Counted from the first letter of the stretch, positions 32,405-41,652 are shown. The stretch: 64,000 bases of DNA from Thiobacillus sp. (GCA_018263115.1 JADFDC010000007.1:36638-100637); one strand, 5' to 3'. Numbers and translations: made by a program. The notes: generated by a model not told the origin, from the letters alone.

Positions 32405-32902
32405 TCAGGACAACAACTCAATCAATCCACGCAACGCAGAAGCCACCGCGCGGGAACGGATTTCCTCGCGGTCGCCGGAGAGGCGGCAAGTGGTCGAAAC
32501 GGGCGCCATGCCTTCAATGCACCAGCCAATGCAAACCATGCCAACGGGTTTTTTTGGGGTGCCTCCGCCAGGCCCGGCAATGCCGGAAATGGACAGCGAT
32601 GCTTGCGCCCGGCTGTTTTTCAGTGCGCCCGCCGCCATCTCCAGCACGGTTTCCTCGGAGACGGCGCCAAATTGCTCAAGTACCACGGCGGAAACACCCA
32701 GCATGTCCTGCTTGGACTGGTTGGTATAGGTGACAAAGCCGCGGTCGAACCAGGCTGACGAACCAGGAACTGCCGTGATGCGTTCCGCGGTCCAGCCGCC
32801 AGTACACGATTCCGCCGTGGCCAGCATCATGCTTTTGGCTTTCAGCAACCTGCCAACCTGTTCGGCAAGTTGATAGAGTTCGTTGTCGCTTACGCGAGCC
32901 AT
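32405..32902 (-). CDS. pncC: CinA C-terminal domain protein / nicotinamide-nucleotide amidohydrolase PncC
   Basis: ATAESCTGGW...PGSS.WF..G.V.Y.N..K...LGV ... SGIAGPGGG motifs. The start is taken at MARVSDNEL (32902); the upstream part of the listed ORF overlaps pgpA. Confidence 0.85.
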   Translation of the reverse strand: MARVSDNELYQLAEQVGRLLKAKSMMLATAESCTGGWTAERITAVPGSSAWFDRGFVTYTNQSKQDMLGVSAVVLEQFGAVSEETVLEMAAGALKNSRAQASLSISGIAGPGGGTPKKPVGMVCIGWCIEGMAPVSTTCRLSGDREEIRSRAVASALRGLIELLS

Positions 32903-33369
32903 TGCAGTCCCTTGAAAATCGCCAGTGCATAAACAGCGGCCAGCACATCGTCCAGCATGACGCCGAATCCGTTTTTGAGGCGAGCATCGAGTTGCCGGAT
33001 AGGCCAAGGCTTGAGGATATCGAAAAAACGGAACAAGACAAAAGCTATCAGCCATTCCAGCCTGCCAGTTGGAATGAGGGCAAGTATCAGCCACATGGCA
33101 ACGATTTCATCCCATACGATGCCGCCATGATCGGCTACCCCCAGATTCCTTCCGGTGACGGCACAGGCCCACATGCCGATCATGAAACTGATACCAATGA
33201 TTGCGATGAGTGAAACTGCGTTAAGTCCGGTTTGCGCGATCAACCAGAACAACGGCAGCGCAGCCAGCGTTCCAAATGTACCCGGCGCCTTGGGTGCCAG
33301 CCCTGAGCCGAAGCCCAGCGCGATGAAATGGGCCGGATGGGAAAGCAGAAACTTAAAATCCGGCTTCAT
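32890..33369 (-). CDS. pgpA: phosphatidylglycerophosphatase A
   Basis: GFGSGL.P.APGT.G.LAA.P ... DH..IVWDE ... DI.KPWPI motifs. Confidence 0.9.
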   Translation of the reverse strand: MKPDFKFLLSHPAHFIALGFGSGLAPKAPGTFGTLAALPLFWLIAQTGLNAVSLIAIIGISFMIGMWACAVTGRNLGVADHGGIVWDEIVAMWLILALIPTGRLEWLIAFVLFRFFDILKPWPIRQLDARLKNGFGVMLDDVLAAVYALAIFKGLQWLA

Positions 33370-34325
33370 GTTCCAAAATGATCGAAGCCGGTATGGGTAA
33401 GCGACATGGGTTGACCATGGTGCAGAATGCGCAGCCCCAATTCAGCCGTAATGCGCCCTACATGTGTCAGTCGCAGATTCAAGTCCTTGCCGAGAGCTTG
33501 CAGCGAATCGCGAATATCAGCAGGTGCGGTAAAGATGAGCTCGTAGTCATCGCCTCCGGCCAGCACGCAGTCCTGCACATCAGAATTTTCACGCATTGGT
33601 TCCAGAGCGTTGGAGAGCGGCAGGTTTTCGAACTGTATTTCTGCTCCCACATTAGAACGTTCAAGAATGTGCCCCAGGTCGGCCGCGAAACCATCTGACA
33701 CATCAATGCAGGCATGCGCGATGCTTCGTAGCGCCAGCCCCAGTTCGATGCGCGGTGATGGCACGAACAGGCGAGGGAAGCATTGCACGGCCTGTTCGGT
33801 TTCCAGCAGCAGCCGCCCTTGGTGATGTGCCAGCGCAGCCGCAGCATCGCCCAGCGTACCGGAAACCCAGATTTCATCACCTGGTTGTGCGGCATCGCGT
33901 CTCAGCGCCTGCCCTGGCGGTACCTCGCCGATAACGGTCACATTGATTGTCAGCAGTCCGCCGCGCGTGGTGTCGCCGCCAATGACTTCCACCCCATATT
34001 TTTGCGCCAGCCCGAAAAATCCGCCCGCGAATCCTTTCAGAAATGATCCATCCGCATTCGGAAGCGCAATGGAAATCAGAGCGTAGCGTGGTTTGGCGCC
34101 CATCGCGGCAAGGTCTGACAAGTTGACCGCCATGGATTTGTGTCCAATCGTGCCGGGTCCGTCAGACGGCATGAAATGCCGGCCCGCGATCAACATGTCG
34201 GTGGAGATCGCCAGCTCCATGCCAGAAGATGGTTTTATCAGCGCACAGTCATCGCCCACACCCAGCACTGCGGTAGCGGTGGGGCGGGTAAAGTATTTTG
34301 CGATGAGGTCAAATTCGCCGGGCAT
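33366..34325 (-). CDS. thiL: thiamine-monophosphate kinase
   Basis: GEFDLI....R......GVGDDCA ... DLAAMGA.P ... GGDTT pattern, upstream of pgpA. Confidence 0.9.
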   Translation of the reverse strand: MPGEFDLIAKYFTRPTATAVLGVGDDCALIKPSSGMELAISTDMLIAGRHFMPSDGPGTIGHKSMAVNLSDLAAMGAKPRYALISIALPNADGSFLKGFAGGFFGLAQKYGVEVIGGDTTRGGLLTINVTVIGEVPPGQALRRDAAQPGDEIWVSGTLGDAAAALAHHQGRLLLETEQAVQCFPRLFVPSPRIELGLALRSIAHACIDVSDGFAADLGHILERSNVGAEIQFENLPLSNALEPMRENSDVQDCVLAGGDDYELIFTAPADIRDSLQALGKDLNLRLTHVGRITAELGLRILHHGQPMSLTHTGFDHFGT

Positions 34326-34339
34326 CAGCAGAAACCTTT

Positions 34340-34411
34340 AACCACGAAGTACGCCAAGGGCACCAAGTTAAACCCCTCATGAACTTTGTGTCCTTCGCAT
34401 ACTTTGTGGTT
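34340..34411. repeat. REP-like long hairpin (24-bp imperfect stem, 24-nt loop) in the nusB-thiL spacer
   Basis: AACCACGAAGTACGCCAAGGGCAC pairs with GTGTCCTTCGCATACTTTGTGGTT (2 mismatches, 2 G-U). It shares the TTAACCAC...GTGGT framing with the hairpin at 38963-39021. Confidence 0.6.
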
Positions 34412-34416
34412 GGAGA

Positions 34417-34884
34417 TTATTTCCTGGAGGTGTTAGCCGTCATTTCATCAGGCCGCATGATTTTGGCCAGCTTGTCGAGTACGCCGTTCACGTATTTGTG
34501 GCCATCGGTGCCACCGTATTTTTTTGCAAGTTCCACGGCTTCGTTGATTGCCACGCGGTAGGGCACATCGGGACAGTTCACGATTTCGTGCGCGCCAATG
34601 AGGAGTATGCCGCGCTCGATGGGGGACAGCTCGGCGAAACTTCGGTCGAGATGGGGCGAGAGCTTCATTTCCAGATCTGAAGTTTCCTTCAGCACGGCAT
34701 GGAACAGGGATTCGAAGTAGGCGGCATTGGCTTTCGGGAAACCTTCGTCCTCACGCACATGGGCCGCGACATCGACTTCGTCCTGCCCGCTTAAATGATG
34801 GGCATACAAGGCGCGCAGGGTAAACTCGCGTGACAGGCTGCGCGAGCCAGTCTTGTGTGAACCAGCCGTGGGGGCGGGTTTCAT
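34417..34884 (-). CDS. nusB: transcription antitermination factor NusB
   Basis: R..AR..A.Q.LY pattern region and ..[11 protein letters not shown].. motif, directly after ribH. Confidence 0.9.
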   Translation of the reverse strand: MKPAPTAGSHKTGSRSLSREFTLRALYAHHLSGQDEVDVAAHVREDEGFPKANAAYFESLFHAVLKETSDLEMKLSPHLDRSFAELSPIERGILLIGAHEIVNCPDVPYRVAINEAVELAKKYGGTDGHKYVNGVLDKLAKIMRPDEMTANTSRK

Positions 34885-35351
34885 AAGCGTTTTATCAGGT
34901 TGGCCATTTCTACCGCGACGCGGGCGGCATCGGTACCCTTTTCCATCATGCGCTCATAACCCTGATCGTCGTTTTCCAGGGTAAGCACGGCATTGGCGAC
35001 TGGCACGCCGGTTTGAAGCTGCACATCGGTAATGCCGCGCGCCGATTCGTTGGAAACCACTTCAAAGTGATAGGTTTCGCCGCGTACGATGGCACCGATG
35101 GCGATAAGGGAGTCGAATTGTCCGCTCTGTGCCATTTTTTGCAGGGCAACGGGGTGCTCCAGCGCGCCAGGAATATTCACCAGCAGGATGTTTTCCTGCG
35201 CCACGCCAAGCTTCAGCAACTCACGCTCGCAGGCGGATAGCAGACCCTCGCAAATGTCCTTGTTGAACCGGCTCATGACGATGCCGATTTTGAGACCCTG
35301 GCCATTCAGTGCCGGATCAAGTTCGGAGAAATTGGAAGTGTTTGTACCCAT
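34881..35351 (-). CDS. ribH: 6,7-dimethyl-8-ribityllumazine synthase
   Basis: [28 protein letters not shown] motifs. Confidence 0.95.
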   Translation of the reverse strand: MGTNTSNFSELDPALNGQGLKIGIVMSRFNKDICEGLLSACERELLKLGVAQENILLVNIPGALEHPVALQKMAQSGQFDSLIAIGAIVRGETYHFEVVSNESARGITDVQLQTGVPVANAVLTLENDDQGYERMMEKGTDAARVAVEMANLIKRL

Positions 35352-35362
35352 GGGGATTCCTT

Positions 35363-36451
35363 TCAGCAGTTTTCCAGATAGCCCGTGACTTCAAGATCGA
35401 AGCCGTCCATCGCGGGCATTTTGCGCGGACTGGCAAGCAGCTTCATTTTGCCTACGCCAATATCGCGCAGTATTTGCGCACCGATGCCATAGTCACGCAA
35501 ATCAACCTTGTGCGGTGTTGACGGTTGTGACGGTGGGTTGATCCGATTGAACAACGCGTCAGCGGTTTCCGGGCGGTGCAGCAGCACGATGACGCCAGAC
35601 TGCGATTCGGCGATGCGCTCCATTGCACCCATGATGGGCCACGAATGACCGCTGCCGGTTACGTCGAGAAAGTCCATCACACTCAAGGGTTCATGCACGC
35701 GCACCAGGGTTTCGCGGTCGGCATGGATTTCGCCCTTGACCAGCGCAAGATGGGTTTCACGGTTGGTGTTGTCGCGATAAGCGATCAGCCTGAAGGCGCC
35801 ATATACCGTCTGGACAAGACGGTCAGCCACACGCTCGACCAGGCTTTCGGTCTGGTTGCGATAATGAATCAGGTCGGCGATGGCGCCGATCTTCAGGCCA
35901 TGTTCCTGCGCGAAAGGAATCAGGTCCGGCAGTCGCGCCATGGTCCCGTCGTCCTTGAGGATTTCGCAGATGACTGATGCCGGTTGCAGTCCGGCAAGTT
36001 GCGCCAGGTCGCAACCCGCTTCGGTGTGGCCCGCGCGCACCAGCACGCCGCCCGGCTGGGCGCGCAGGGGGAAAATATGGCCGGGCTGGATGATGTCAGT
36101 GGATTTGGCATCTCTGGCCACGGCAGCCTGAATGGTGACCGCGCGATCCTGCGCCGAAATGCCCGTGGTCACGCCTTCCGCCGCCTCAATCGAAACGGTG
36201 AATGCAGTGCCGTGCGGAGTCTGGTTGTCGCTCACCATCTGCTTCAAGCCCAACTGGCGGCAGCGCGCATCGGTGAGCGTCAGGCAGATCAGCCCGCGAC
36301 CGTATTTGGCCATGAAGTTGATGGCTTCCGGCGTGACGTGCTCGGCCGCCATCACCAGATCGCCCTCGTTTTCGCGGTCTTCTTCATCCACCAGCACGAC
36401 TATGCGGCCGGCTTTCAATTCAGAGATGATTTCAATAATGGGGGCAAGCAT
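35363..36451 (-). CDS. ribBA: bifunctional 3,4-dihydroxy-2-butanone-4-phosphate synthase / GTP cyclohydrolase II-like
   Basis: DHBP synthase N-terminal half ([24 protein letters not shown]) fused to a RibA-like C-terminal half. Confidence 0.92.
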   Translation of the reverse strand: MLAPIIEIISELKAGRIVVLVDEEDRENEGDLVMAAEHVTPEAINFMAKYGRGLICLTLTDARCRQLGLKQMVSDNQTPHGTAFTVSIEAAEGVTTGISAQDRAVTIQAAVARDAKSTDIIQPGHIFPLRAQPGGVLVRAGHTEAGCDLAQLAGLQPASVICEILKDDGTMARLPDLIPFAQEHGLKIGAIADLIHYRNQTESLVERVADRLVQTVYGAFRLIAYRDNTNRETHLALVKGEIHADRETLVRVHEPLSVMDFLDVTGSGHSWPIMGAMERIAESQSGVIVLLHRPETADALFNRINPPSQPSTPHKVDLRDYGIGAQILRDIGVGKMKLLASPRKMPAMDGFDLEVTGYLENC

Positions 36452-36453
36452 GA

Positions 36454-37059
36454 CTAGTCTTTATCCGATGTATTCATGAATTGGGTTAAACGTTCAACAT
36501 AGCGCGCGACCATGTCGATTTCCAGATTGACGCGGCTGCCAGGCTTGAGGTGTTTCAGCGTGGTCTTGGCCAGGGTATGGGGAATCAGGTTGATGCTGAA
36601 ACGCACGCCTTCAACCGTATTCACCGTGAGGGACACCCCTTGCACGGTAATTGAACCCTTGGCGGCAATGTAGCGGGCGAGGTTGGCAGGTGCGTCAACT
36701 TCCAGCAGGTAGGATTCGCCAACCTGCTGAAAATGCGCCACGGTGCCAACACCGTCGACATGGCCGGATACGATATGCCCGCCCAGCCGGTCGATGGGAC
36801 GCATGGCTTTTTCCAGATTGACTTCGGCGCCGGGTGCGAAACCTTCAGTGCAGCGCAGGGTTTCAGCGGAAACGTCGACGGTGAAAGTGGAAGGCGTCAG
36901 CGCAACGGCCGTCAGACATACGCCATTGACGGCGATGGAATCCCCCACGCCCACATCAGAGAAATCCAGCCCGCCGCCCTCGATCACCATGCGGGCATCG
37001 CTGCCGCGTGATTCGTATTCGTGAATTCTTCCGACTGACTGAATGATTCCGGTGAACAT
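36454..37059 (-). CDS. ribE: riboflavin synthase (alpha chain)
   Basis: MFTGIIQ.VG N-terminus with the duplicated lumazine-binding repeat ([12 protein letters not shown] / [11 protein letters not shown]). Confidence 0.92.
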   Translation of the reverse strand: MFTGIIQSVGRIHEYESRGSDARMVIEGGGLDFSDVGVGDSIAVNGVCLTAVALTPSTFTVDVSAETLRCTEGFAPGAEVNLEKAMRPIDRLGGHIVSGHVDGVGTVAHFQQVGESYLLEVDAPANLARYIAAKGSITVQGVSLTVNTVEGVRFSINLIPHTLAKTTLKHLKPGSRVNLEIDMVARYVERLTQFMNTSDKD

Positions 37060-37090
37060 GGGTTAAAGAGCAGTAAAAGCGTAATGGCCT

Positions 37091-37837
37091 CTATTTTAGC
37101 AGGCCGGCACACACAAAAAGCGGCCATTTCAGCAGCAGCGGCTGGTTTGGTTCTTGCCAGTGTCGGGCCAGACTGGATTCAAGGCTGGGCAGAGGGCCGT
37201 GCCCGTTGTCGGCTTCGTAGCGCTTGACGGCCGACCAGGTAGAAAGATAGGCCAGCAGGCGGGGCAGATTCCATTCCACCTCAATGAAGAATTCAGGTGC
37301 ACGGATTTCCTCGAAGGGAAAATCCAGGTCGCGATACCCGTCGTCAATCAGCTTTCGCTCGGGCGGCCAGTAAGTCCCAAGTATGCCGCTGTAAAAATGC
37401 TCGAAGGGCTCGTCCAGTTTGCCCGGCAAAACCAGACGGCCGTAGCCCCACAAGGCAATCAGGCCTTTGGGCTTCAGCACGCGGCGAACCTCCGCGTAAA
37501 AAGCTGGCAAATCAAACCAGTGCGCTGCCTGCGCCACGGTGATCAGGTCGATGCTTCGATTTGCCAGTCCACTGGACTCGGCCGGTGCTACGCGAAAGAC
37601 AATATTTTCCGGCCCGCTGGCATGGGCAATCTGTTCCGCGCTGGCGTCGGTGGCGATGACCTGCCTGAAGTGCCGCGCCAAGCCTGTTGCGGCCTGACCG
37701 CTGCCGGTGGCGCAATCCCACGCCACCTCGTGATCCCGGCATTGGCCAGCCAGCCAGTCAAACAGCGCATCGGGATAGCTTGGGCGGAAGGCGGCGTAGT
37801 CGCCGGATGCGCTCGAAAAATGATCCTTGAAACTCAT
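37091..37837 (-). CDS. class I SAM-dependent methyltransferase
   Basis: DHFS..S..Y...RP.YP N-terminus and motif I VAWDCATGSGQAA. The ATG at 37837 overlaps the ribD stop (ATGA); the upstream part of the listed ORF is antisense-frame overlap with ribD. Confidence 0.75.
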   Translation of the reverse strand: MSFKDHFSSASGDYAAFRPSYPDALFDWLAGQCRDHEVAWDCATGSGQAATGLARHFRQVIATDASAEQIAHASGPENIVFRVAPAESSGLANRSIDLITVAQAAHWFDLPAFYAEVRRVLKPKGLIALWGYGRLVLPGKLDEPFEHFYSGILGTYWPPERKLIDDGYRDLDFPFEEIRAPEFFIEVEWNLPRLLAYLSTWSAVKRYEADNGHGPLPSLESSLARHWQEPNQPLLLKWPLFVCAGLLK

Positions 37838-38949
37838 TTCCGCCAAACAAGGCGAAGGTCCGCGCCGATCATGCGCTGATCGATCAGTTTCCAGTTCAGG
37901 CGGTCTTGCATCGTGGCGGGCTCGGGCAAATCGAACAGTGGCCGCGCGTTCGACCCGAGCAGGCAGGGCGCCAGATACTGCACCCATTCATCTACGAGCC
38001 CGGCGGCGAGCAAGGCGCCATTCAGTCCCGGCCCGGCCTCGGTCATGACTTCGTTGATGCCTTTTTGCGCAAGGCGCGAGAGCAGGGCGTGCAGGTTGAC
38101 CATGCCATCCGCGCCGGGCAGGCAAAGGATTTCCGCGCCGGCTGCTTCCAGCGCGGCGGTTTTCTGCGAGTCCGGAAAAGCGCACGCGACCAGCGTTTTC
38201 GCGCCTTGCAGAATCCGCGCATCCGGTGGGGTTCTCAAGTGCGAATCAACAATGACCTTGATTGGCTGGCGCGTGGTTACGCTGTTTTCATCCGGACGCG
38301 TCGCGTCTATGTCACGCACGTTCAGTTGCGGATTGTCCGCCAGCACGGTGTTGATGCCGGTCAGGATCGCGCAGGAACGCGCGCGCAGCCGATGCACATC
38401 GGCGCGTGCGGCCTCGCCGGTAATCCATTTCGATTCGCCGGAAGACAATGCAGTTTTACCGTCCAGCGAGGAGGCGGTCTTGATGCGGACGTAAGGATGG
38501 CCCAGCACCATGCGCTTGACGAAGCCGGCATTCAAATCATGCGCCTGCGCAGCCAGCAGACCATGCTCGACAGTGATGCCCGCTGCCTTCAGTCGCGCCA
38601 GTCCCTGGCCGGACACATTGGGGTTGGGGTCCTGTATGGCCGCAATGACCTTCGTCACGCCCGCACCGATCAGCGCGTCCGCGCAGGGGGGGGTGCGGCC
38701 ATGGTGCGAACAGGGCTCCAGCGTCACGTAAACGGTTGCACCCAGGGAGGCGGGACCCGCCTGCATCAGGGCATTGATTTCCGCGTGCGGTGCGCCGGCT
38801 TTCTGGTGCCAGCCTTCACCGATGATTTGACCATTCTTGACGATGACGCAACCGACGCGCGGATTGGGCGTGGTCGAGTATAGTCCCCGCTCAGCCAGAT
38901 GCAGGGCGCGGGCCATATACAAATGATCTTCAGCGGCAAATTGATTCAT
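37834..38949 (-). CDS. ribD: bifunctional riboflavin biosynthesis protein RibD (deaminase/reductase)
   Basis: Deaminase zinc motif HAE...TLEPCSHHGRTPPC and a C-terminal reductase domain. Confidence 0.95.
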   Translation of the reverse strand: MNQFAAEDHLYMARALHLAERGLYSTTPNPRVGCVIVKNGQIIGEGWHQKAGAPHAEINALMQAGPASLGATVYVTLEPCSHHGRTPPCADALIGAGVTKVIAAIQDPNPNVSGQGLARLKAAGITVEHGLLAAQAHDLNAGFVKRMVLGHPYVRIKTASSLDGKTALSSGESKWITGEAARADVHRLRARSCAILTGINTVLADNPQLNVRDIDATRPDENSVTTRQPIKVIVDSHLRTPPDARILQGAKTLVACAFPDSQKTAALEAAGAEILCLPGADGMVNLHALLSRLAQKGINEVMTEAGPGLNGALLAAGLVDEWVQYLAPCLLGSNARPLFDLPEPATMQDRLNWKLIDQRMIGADLRLVWRK

Positions 38950-38962
38950 GGAAAAAACTTAA

Positions 38963-39021
38963 CCACAGAGACACGGAGGTAATGAAGCGTGGCATTTCTC
39001 TGTGCCTCCGTGTCTCTGTGG
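38963..39021. repeat. REP-like hairpin (perfect 17-bp stem, 25-nt loop) in the nrdR-ribD spacer
   Basis: CCACAGAGACACGGAGG (38963-38979) is the exact inverted complement of CCTCCGTGTCTCTGTGG (39005-39021). Confidence 0.7.
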
Positions 39022-39031
39022 TGAATTGCTT

Positions 39032-39514
39032 TTACTTGAACAAATCATCCACGCCAGGTGGTGGAGATTTTTCCAGATCCTTCAACACATCACGGAAGTC
39101 ATCCGCATCCTGGAAGCTTTTGTAGACGGAAGCAAAACGGATGTAGGCAACCTTGTCCAGTCGCTTCAATTCCTGCATGACCAGTTCGCCCAGCTGGCGC
39201 GAGGGAATCTCGCGTTCGCCCAGGCTCAGAAGTTTCTGCCGGATGCGCTGAATTGCTTCGTCCACCAGTTCGGTGGAAACCGGGCGCTTGTGCAGCGCGC
39301 GACCGAAGCCCTCGCGCAGCTTGTCCTCGGAAAACTCTTCGCGAAAGCCGCTGTTCTTGACGATTTGAGGCAGGCGGATGTCAGCTGTTTCAAAAGTCGT
39401 GAATCGCTTTTCGCAGTTCGGGCAACGGCGCCGGCGACGGATCGTATCGCCGTTTTCGTTGACGCGAGAATCAACGACCTGGGTGTCGGCGTGACCGCAG
39501 AATGGACATTTCAT
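39032..39514 (-). CDS. nrdR: transcriptional repressor NrdR
   Basis: [14 protein letters not shown] zinc ribbon plus an ATP-cone. It sits upstream of ribD, as in many bacteria. Confidence 0.95.
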   Translation of the reverse strand: MKCPFCGHADTQVVDSRVNENGDTIRRRRRCPNCEKRFTTFETADIRLPQIVKNSGFREEFSEDKLREGFGRALHKRPVSTELVDEAIQRIRQKLLSLGEREIPSRQLGELVMQELKRLDKVAYIRFASVYKSFQDADDFRDVLKDLEKSPPPGVDDLFK

Positions 39515-39521
39515 ATTTATT

Positions 39522-39581
39522 GAGTAGAGAGTGGAGGGCTGAGAGTCGAGAGACTGCTCTCTCTACTCTCGTCTCTCGACT
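39522..39581. repeat. interleaved GA/CT-rich inverted repeats in the glyA-nrdR spacer
   Basis: GAGTAGAGAG (39522-31) pairs with CTCTCTACTC (39559-68), and AGTCGAGAGAC (39544-54) pairs with GTCTCTCGACT (39571-81). The order is A-B-A'-B'. Confidence 0.4.
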
Positions 39582-40827
39582 ATTTCCCATACACCGGAAA
39601 CTTCGCCGTCAGTTTAGCGACTTCGGCCCTGACGCGATTGGAAACGTTTTCGTCATTCGGTGCGTCGAGCACGTCGGCGATGAGGTTGGACAGCAGTTCG
39701 GCTTCGATTTCCTTGAATCCGCGCGTTGTCATGGCAGGCGTGCCGATGCGGATGCCGCTGGTGACGAAAGGTTTCTGCGGGTCATTGGGAATGGCGTTCT
39801 TGTTCACTGTGATGTGCGCCCGGCCCAGCGCCGCTTCGGCGTCCTTGCCGGTCAGATTCTTGGGTTGCAGGTCAACCAGGAACACATGCGACTCGGTGCG
39901 TCCGGAAACAATGCGCAGCCCGCGTTCCTGCAACACCTTGCACATCACCAGCGCATTAGCGGCAACCTGTTCCTGGTAATGCTTGAATTCCTTGCTGGCC
40001 GCTTCCTTGAATGCGACCGCTTTGCCGGCGATGACATGTTCCAGCGGGCCGCCCTGAAGGCCGGGGAAGATGGCGCTGTTAATAGCCTTCTCGTGTTCTG
40101 ATTTCATCAACACGATTCCGCCGCGCGGGCCGCGCAGGGTCTTGTGCGTGGTCGAGGTGACGACATCGGCGTGCGGTACGGGGCTGGGATAAACGCCGGC
40201 GGCGATCAGGCCCGCATAGTGCGCCATGTCCACCATGAAAATGGCGCCGATGTCCTTCGCCACCTTGGCGAAGCGCGCGAAGTCGATGCGCAGCGCATAG
40301 GCTGACGCGCCAGCGATGATGAGCTTGGGCTTGTGCTCGTGCGCCTTTTTCTCCATCGCGTCGTAGTCGATTTCTTCCTTGGCATTCAGGCCATAAGCCA
40401 CGACGTTGAACCACTTGCCGCTCATGTTGAGCGCCATGCCGTGGGTGAGGTGGCCGCCTTCGGCCAGGCTCATGCCCATGATGGTGTCGCCGGGCTTCAG
40501 GAAAGCCATGAACACTGCCTGGTTGGCCTGCGAACCGGAGTTCGCTTGCACATTGGCGGCTTCTGCGCCGAACAGGGCTTTCACCCGGTCAATGGCCAGT
40601 TGTTCGACCACATCAACGTTCTCGCAGCCGCCGTAATAACGCTTGCCGGGGTAACCCTCGGCATATTTGTTGGTGAGCTGCGAACCCTGGGCCTCCATGA
40701 CTGCCGGGCTGGTGTAATTTTCGGACGCGATCAGTTCGATATGTTCTTCCTGACGGCGGTTTTCTGACTGGATGGCGGCCCACAGTTCGGGGTCGACGGT
40801 GGCAAGGGTGTGCTGGCGGGAAAACAT
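39580..40827 (-). CDS. glyA: serine hydroxymethyltransferase
   Basis: Classic GlyA sequence ([23 protein letters not shown]). The start is taken at MFSRQHTLA (40827). Confidence 0.97.
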   Translation of the reverse strand: MFSRQHTLATVDPELWAAIQSENRRQEEHIELIASENYTSPAVMEAQGSQLTNKYAEGYPGKRYYGGCENVDVVEQLAIDRVKALFGAEAANVQANSGSQANQAVFMAFLKPGDTIMGMSLAEGGHLTHGMALNMSGKWFNVVAYGLNAKEEIDYDAMEKKAHEHKPKLIIAGASAYALRIDFARFAKVAKDIGAIFMVDMAHYAGLIAAGVYPSPVPHADVVTSTTHKTLRGPRGGIVLMKSEHEKAINSAIFPGLQGGPLEHVIAGKAVAFKEAASKEFKHYQEQVAANALVMCKVLQERGLRIVSGRTESHVFLVDLQPKNLTGKDAEAALGRAHITVNKNAIPNDPQKPFVTSGIRIGTPAMTTRGFKEIEAELLSNLIADVLDAPNDENVSNRVRAEVAKLTAKFPVYGK

Positions 40828-40932
40828 GGGAGGACCTGAAGGATGTGCGAAAGCTGCAATTCTACCAGCCAAGCCGACCGTCCAAGAATGGTTCAGCCGG
40901 GCAACCCGAATGGATTAATCCTCCAGAAGTAC

Positions 40933-40960
40933 TTGACTAATTTGATCAAGAATATATATT
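40933..40960 (+). promoter_or_regulatory. candidate sigma-70 promoter for the 41032 gene
   Basis: TTGACT - 16 nt - TATATT in an AT-rich spacer, about 70 nt upstream of the ATG. Confidence 0.4.
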
Positions 40961-41031
40961 AGCCATTAATGAAATGCTTATGACTTAATAAGTATTTCTT
41001 ATCCTGAATTTTTCTCGAAAGGAGCATGAAC

Positions 41032-41487
41032 ATGAGCGGACTTATTCCCGGTTTCAATGTCGACGGCGTGGTTACCATTAACCGCGTCATTCTCAAACCA
41101 GAGTACAGCGTTGACGACCTGCAGGAGCGCGTGGCCTACCTGTGCGAAAACGTCAAAACCTACCATTCCGATACCGGCTTTGTCGGCGGTTTCGTCGCGC
41201 TGAATTCCGGCGCAGTTTCCAACGAAGGTTCAACCGTCGGCCAGGCGGTGGGCAGCCCACTGGCTGGCAAAGAGGCGCTGATCGTCACCTTCTGGCAATC
41301 CTTTGATGACCACGAAAAATCGCACAAGAGCGAAACCTTCCAGCCCCTGTTCAAACAGGTTCTGGAACTGTGCGAAAACGGCAACGAGGAAATTGCCTAC
41401 AGCATGCTCTGGAGCGGCAAGGCATACAGCGCCGAGGAGGCAGCCGAGGCGAGGGCCGTGAAAGAGAAATATTCGAAAGCTGCGTAA
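41032..41487 (+). CDS. hypothetical protein (151 aa), possibly a dimeric alpha/beta-barrel (ABM-like) fold
   Basis: AAGGAG Shine-Dalgarno sequence 7 nt before ATG 41032. The segment ALIVTFWQSFDDHEKSH resembles the ABM/Dabb signature strand-helix. No family recognised with confidence. Confidence 0.6.
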   Translation: MSGLIPGFNVDGVVTINRVILKPEYSVDDLQERVAYLCENVKTYHSDTGFVGGFVALNSGAVSNEGSTVGQAVGSPLAGKEALIVTFWQSFDDHEKSHKSETFQPLFKQVLELCENGNEEIAYSMLWSGKAYSAEEAAEARAVKEKYSKAA

Positions 41488-41571
41488 GCCGTTTGGGGGA
41501 GGCTAACCTGGCCGCAAGGCCGGGTTAAGCGTAGCGGCCGACACCAAAACGACCCAATTGCCTATCTTGGT

Positions 41572-41643
41572 GGCAAGGCATACAGCGCCGAAGAAGCGGC
41601 GGAAGCACGAGCGGTGAAGGAAAAATACTCAAAGGCGGCGTAA
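41572..41643 (+). repeat. in-frame duplicate of the last 23 codons plus stop of the 41032-41487 gene
   Basis: Encodes GKAYSAEEAAEARAVKEKYSKAA*, identical to the gene's C-terminus (41416-41487). There are 15 nt differences in 14 codons, all synonymous. Confidence 0.7.
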
Positions 41644-41652
41644 TTCAGCATG

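Noticed and set aside
40828-41025. Riboswitch candidates: ZTP/pfl or THF upstream of glyA, FMN (RFN) in the nrdR-ribD or ribE-ribBA spacers, preQ1 near queE/queC
   Set aside because: None of the conserved cores I remember for these classes is present. The rib and que spacers are far too short (2-82 nt) for those aptamers. Only an Infernal/Rfam scan could exclude them fully.
41485-41487. Programmed stop-codon read-through as the primary explanation of the duplicated tail
   Set aside because: The stop is UAA followed by G, generally the least leaky context in bacteria. I saw no recognisable stimulatory element beyond one small hairpin. It is retained only as a minority hypothesis within the finding.
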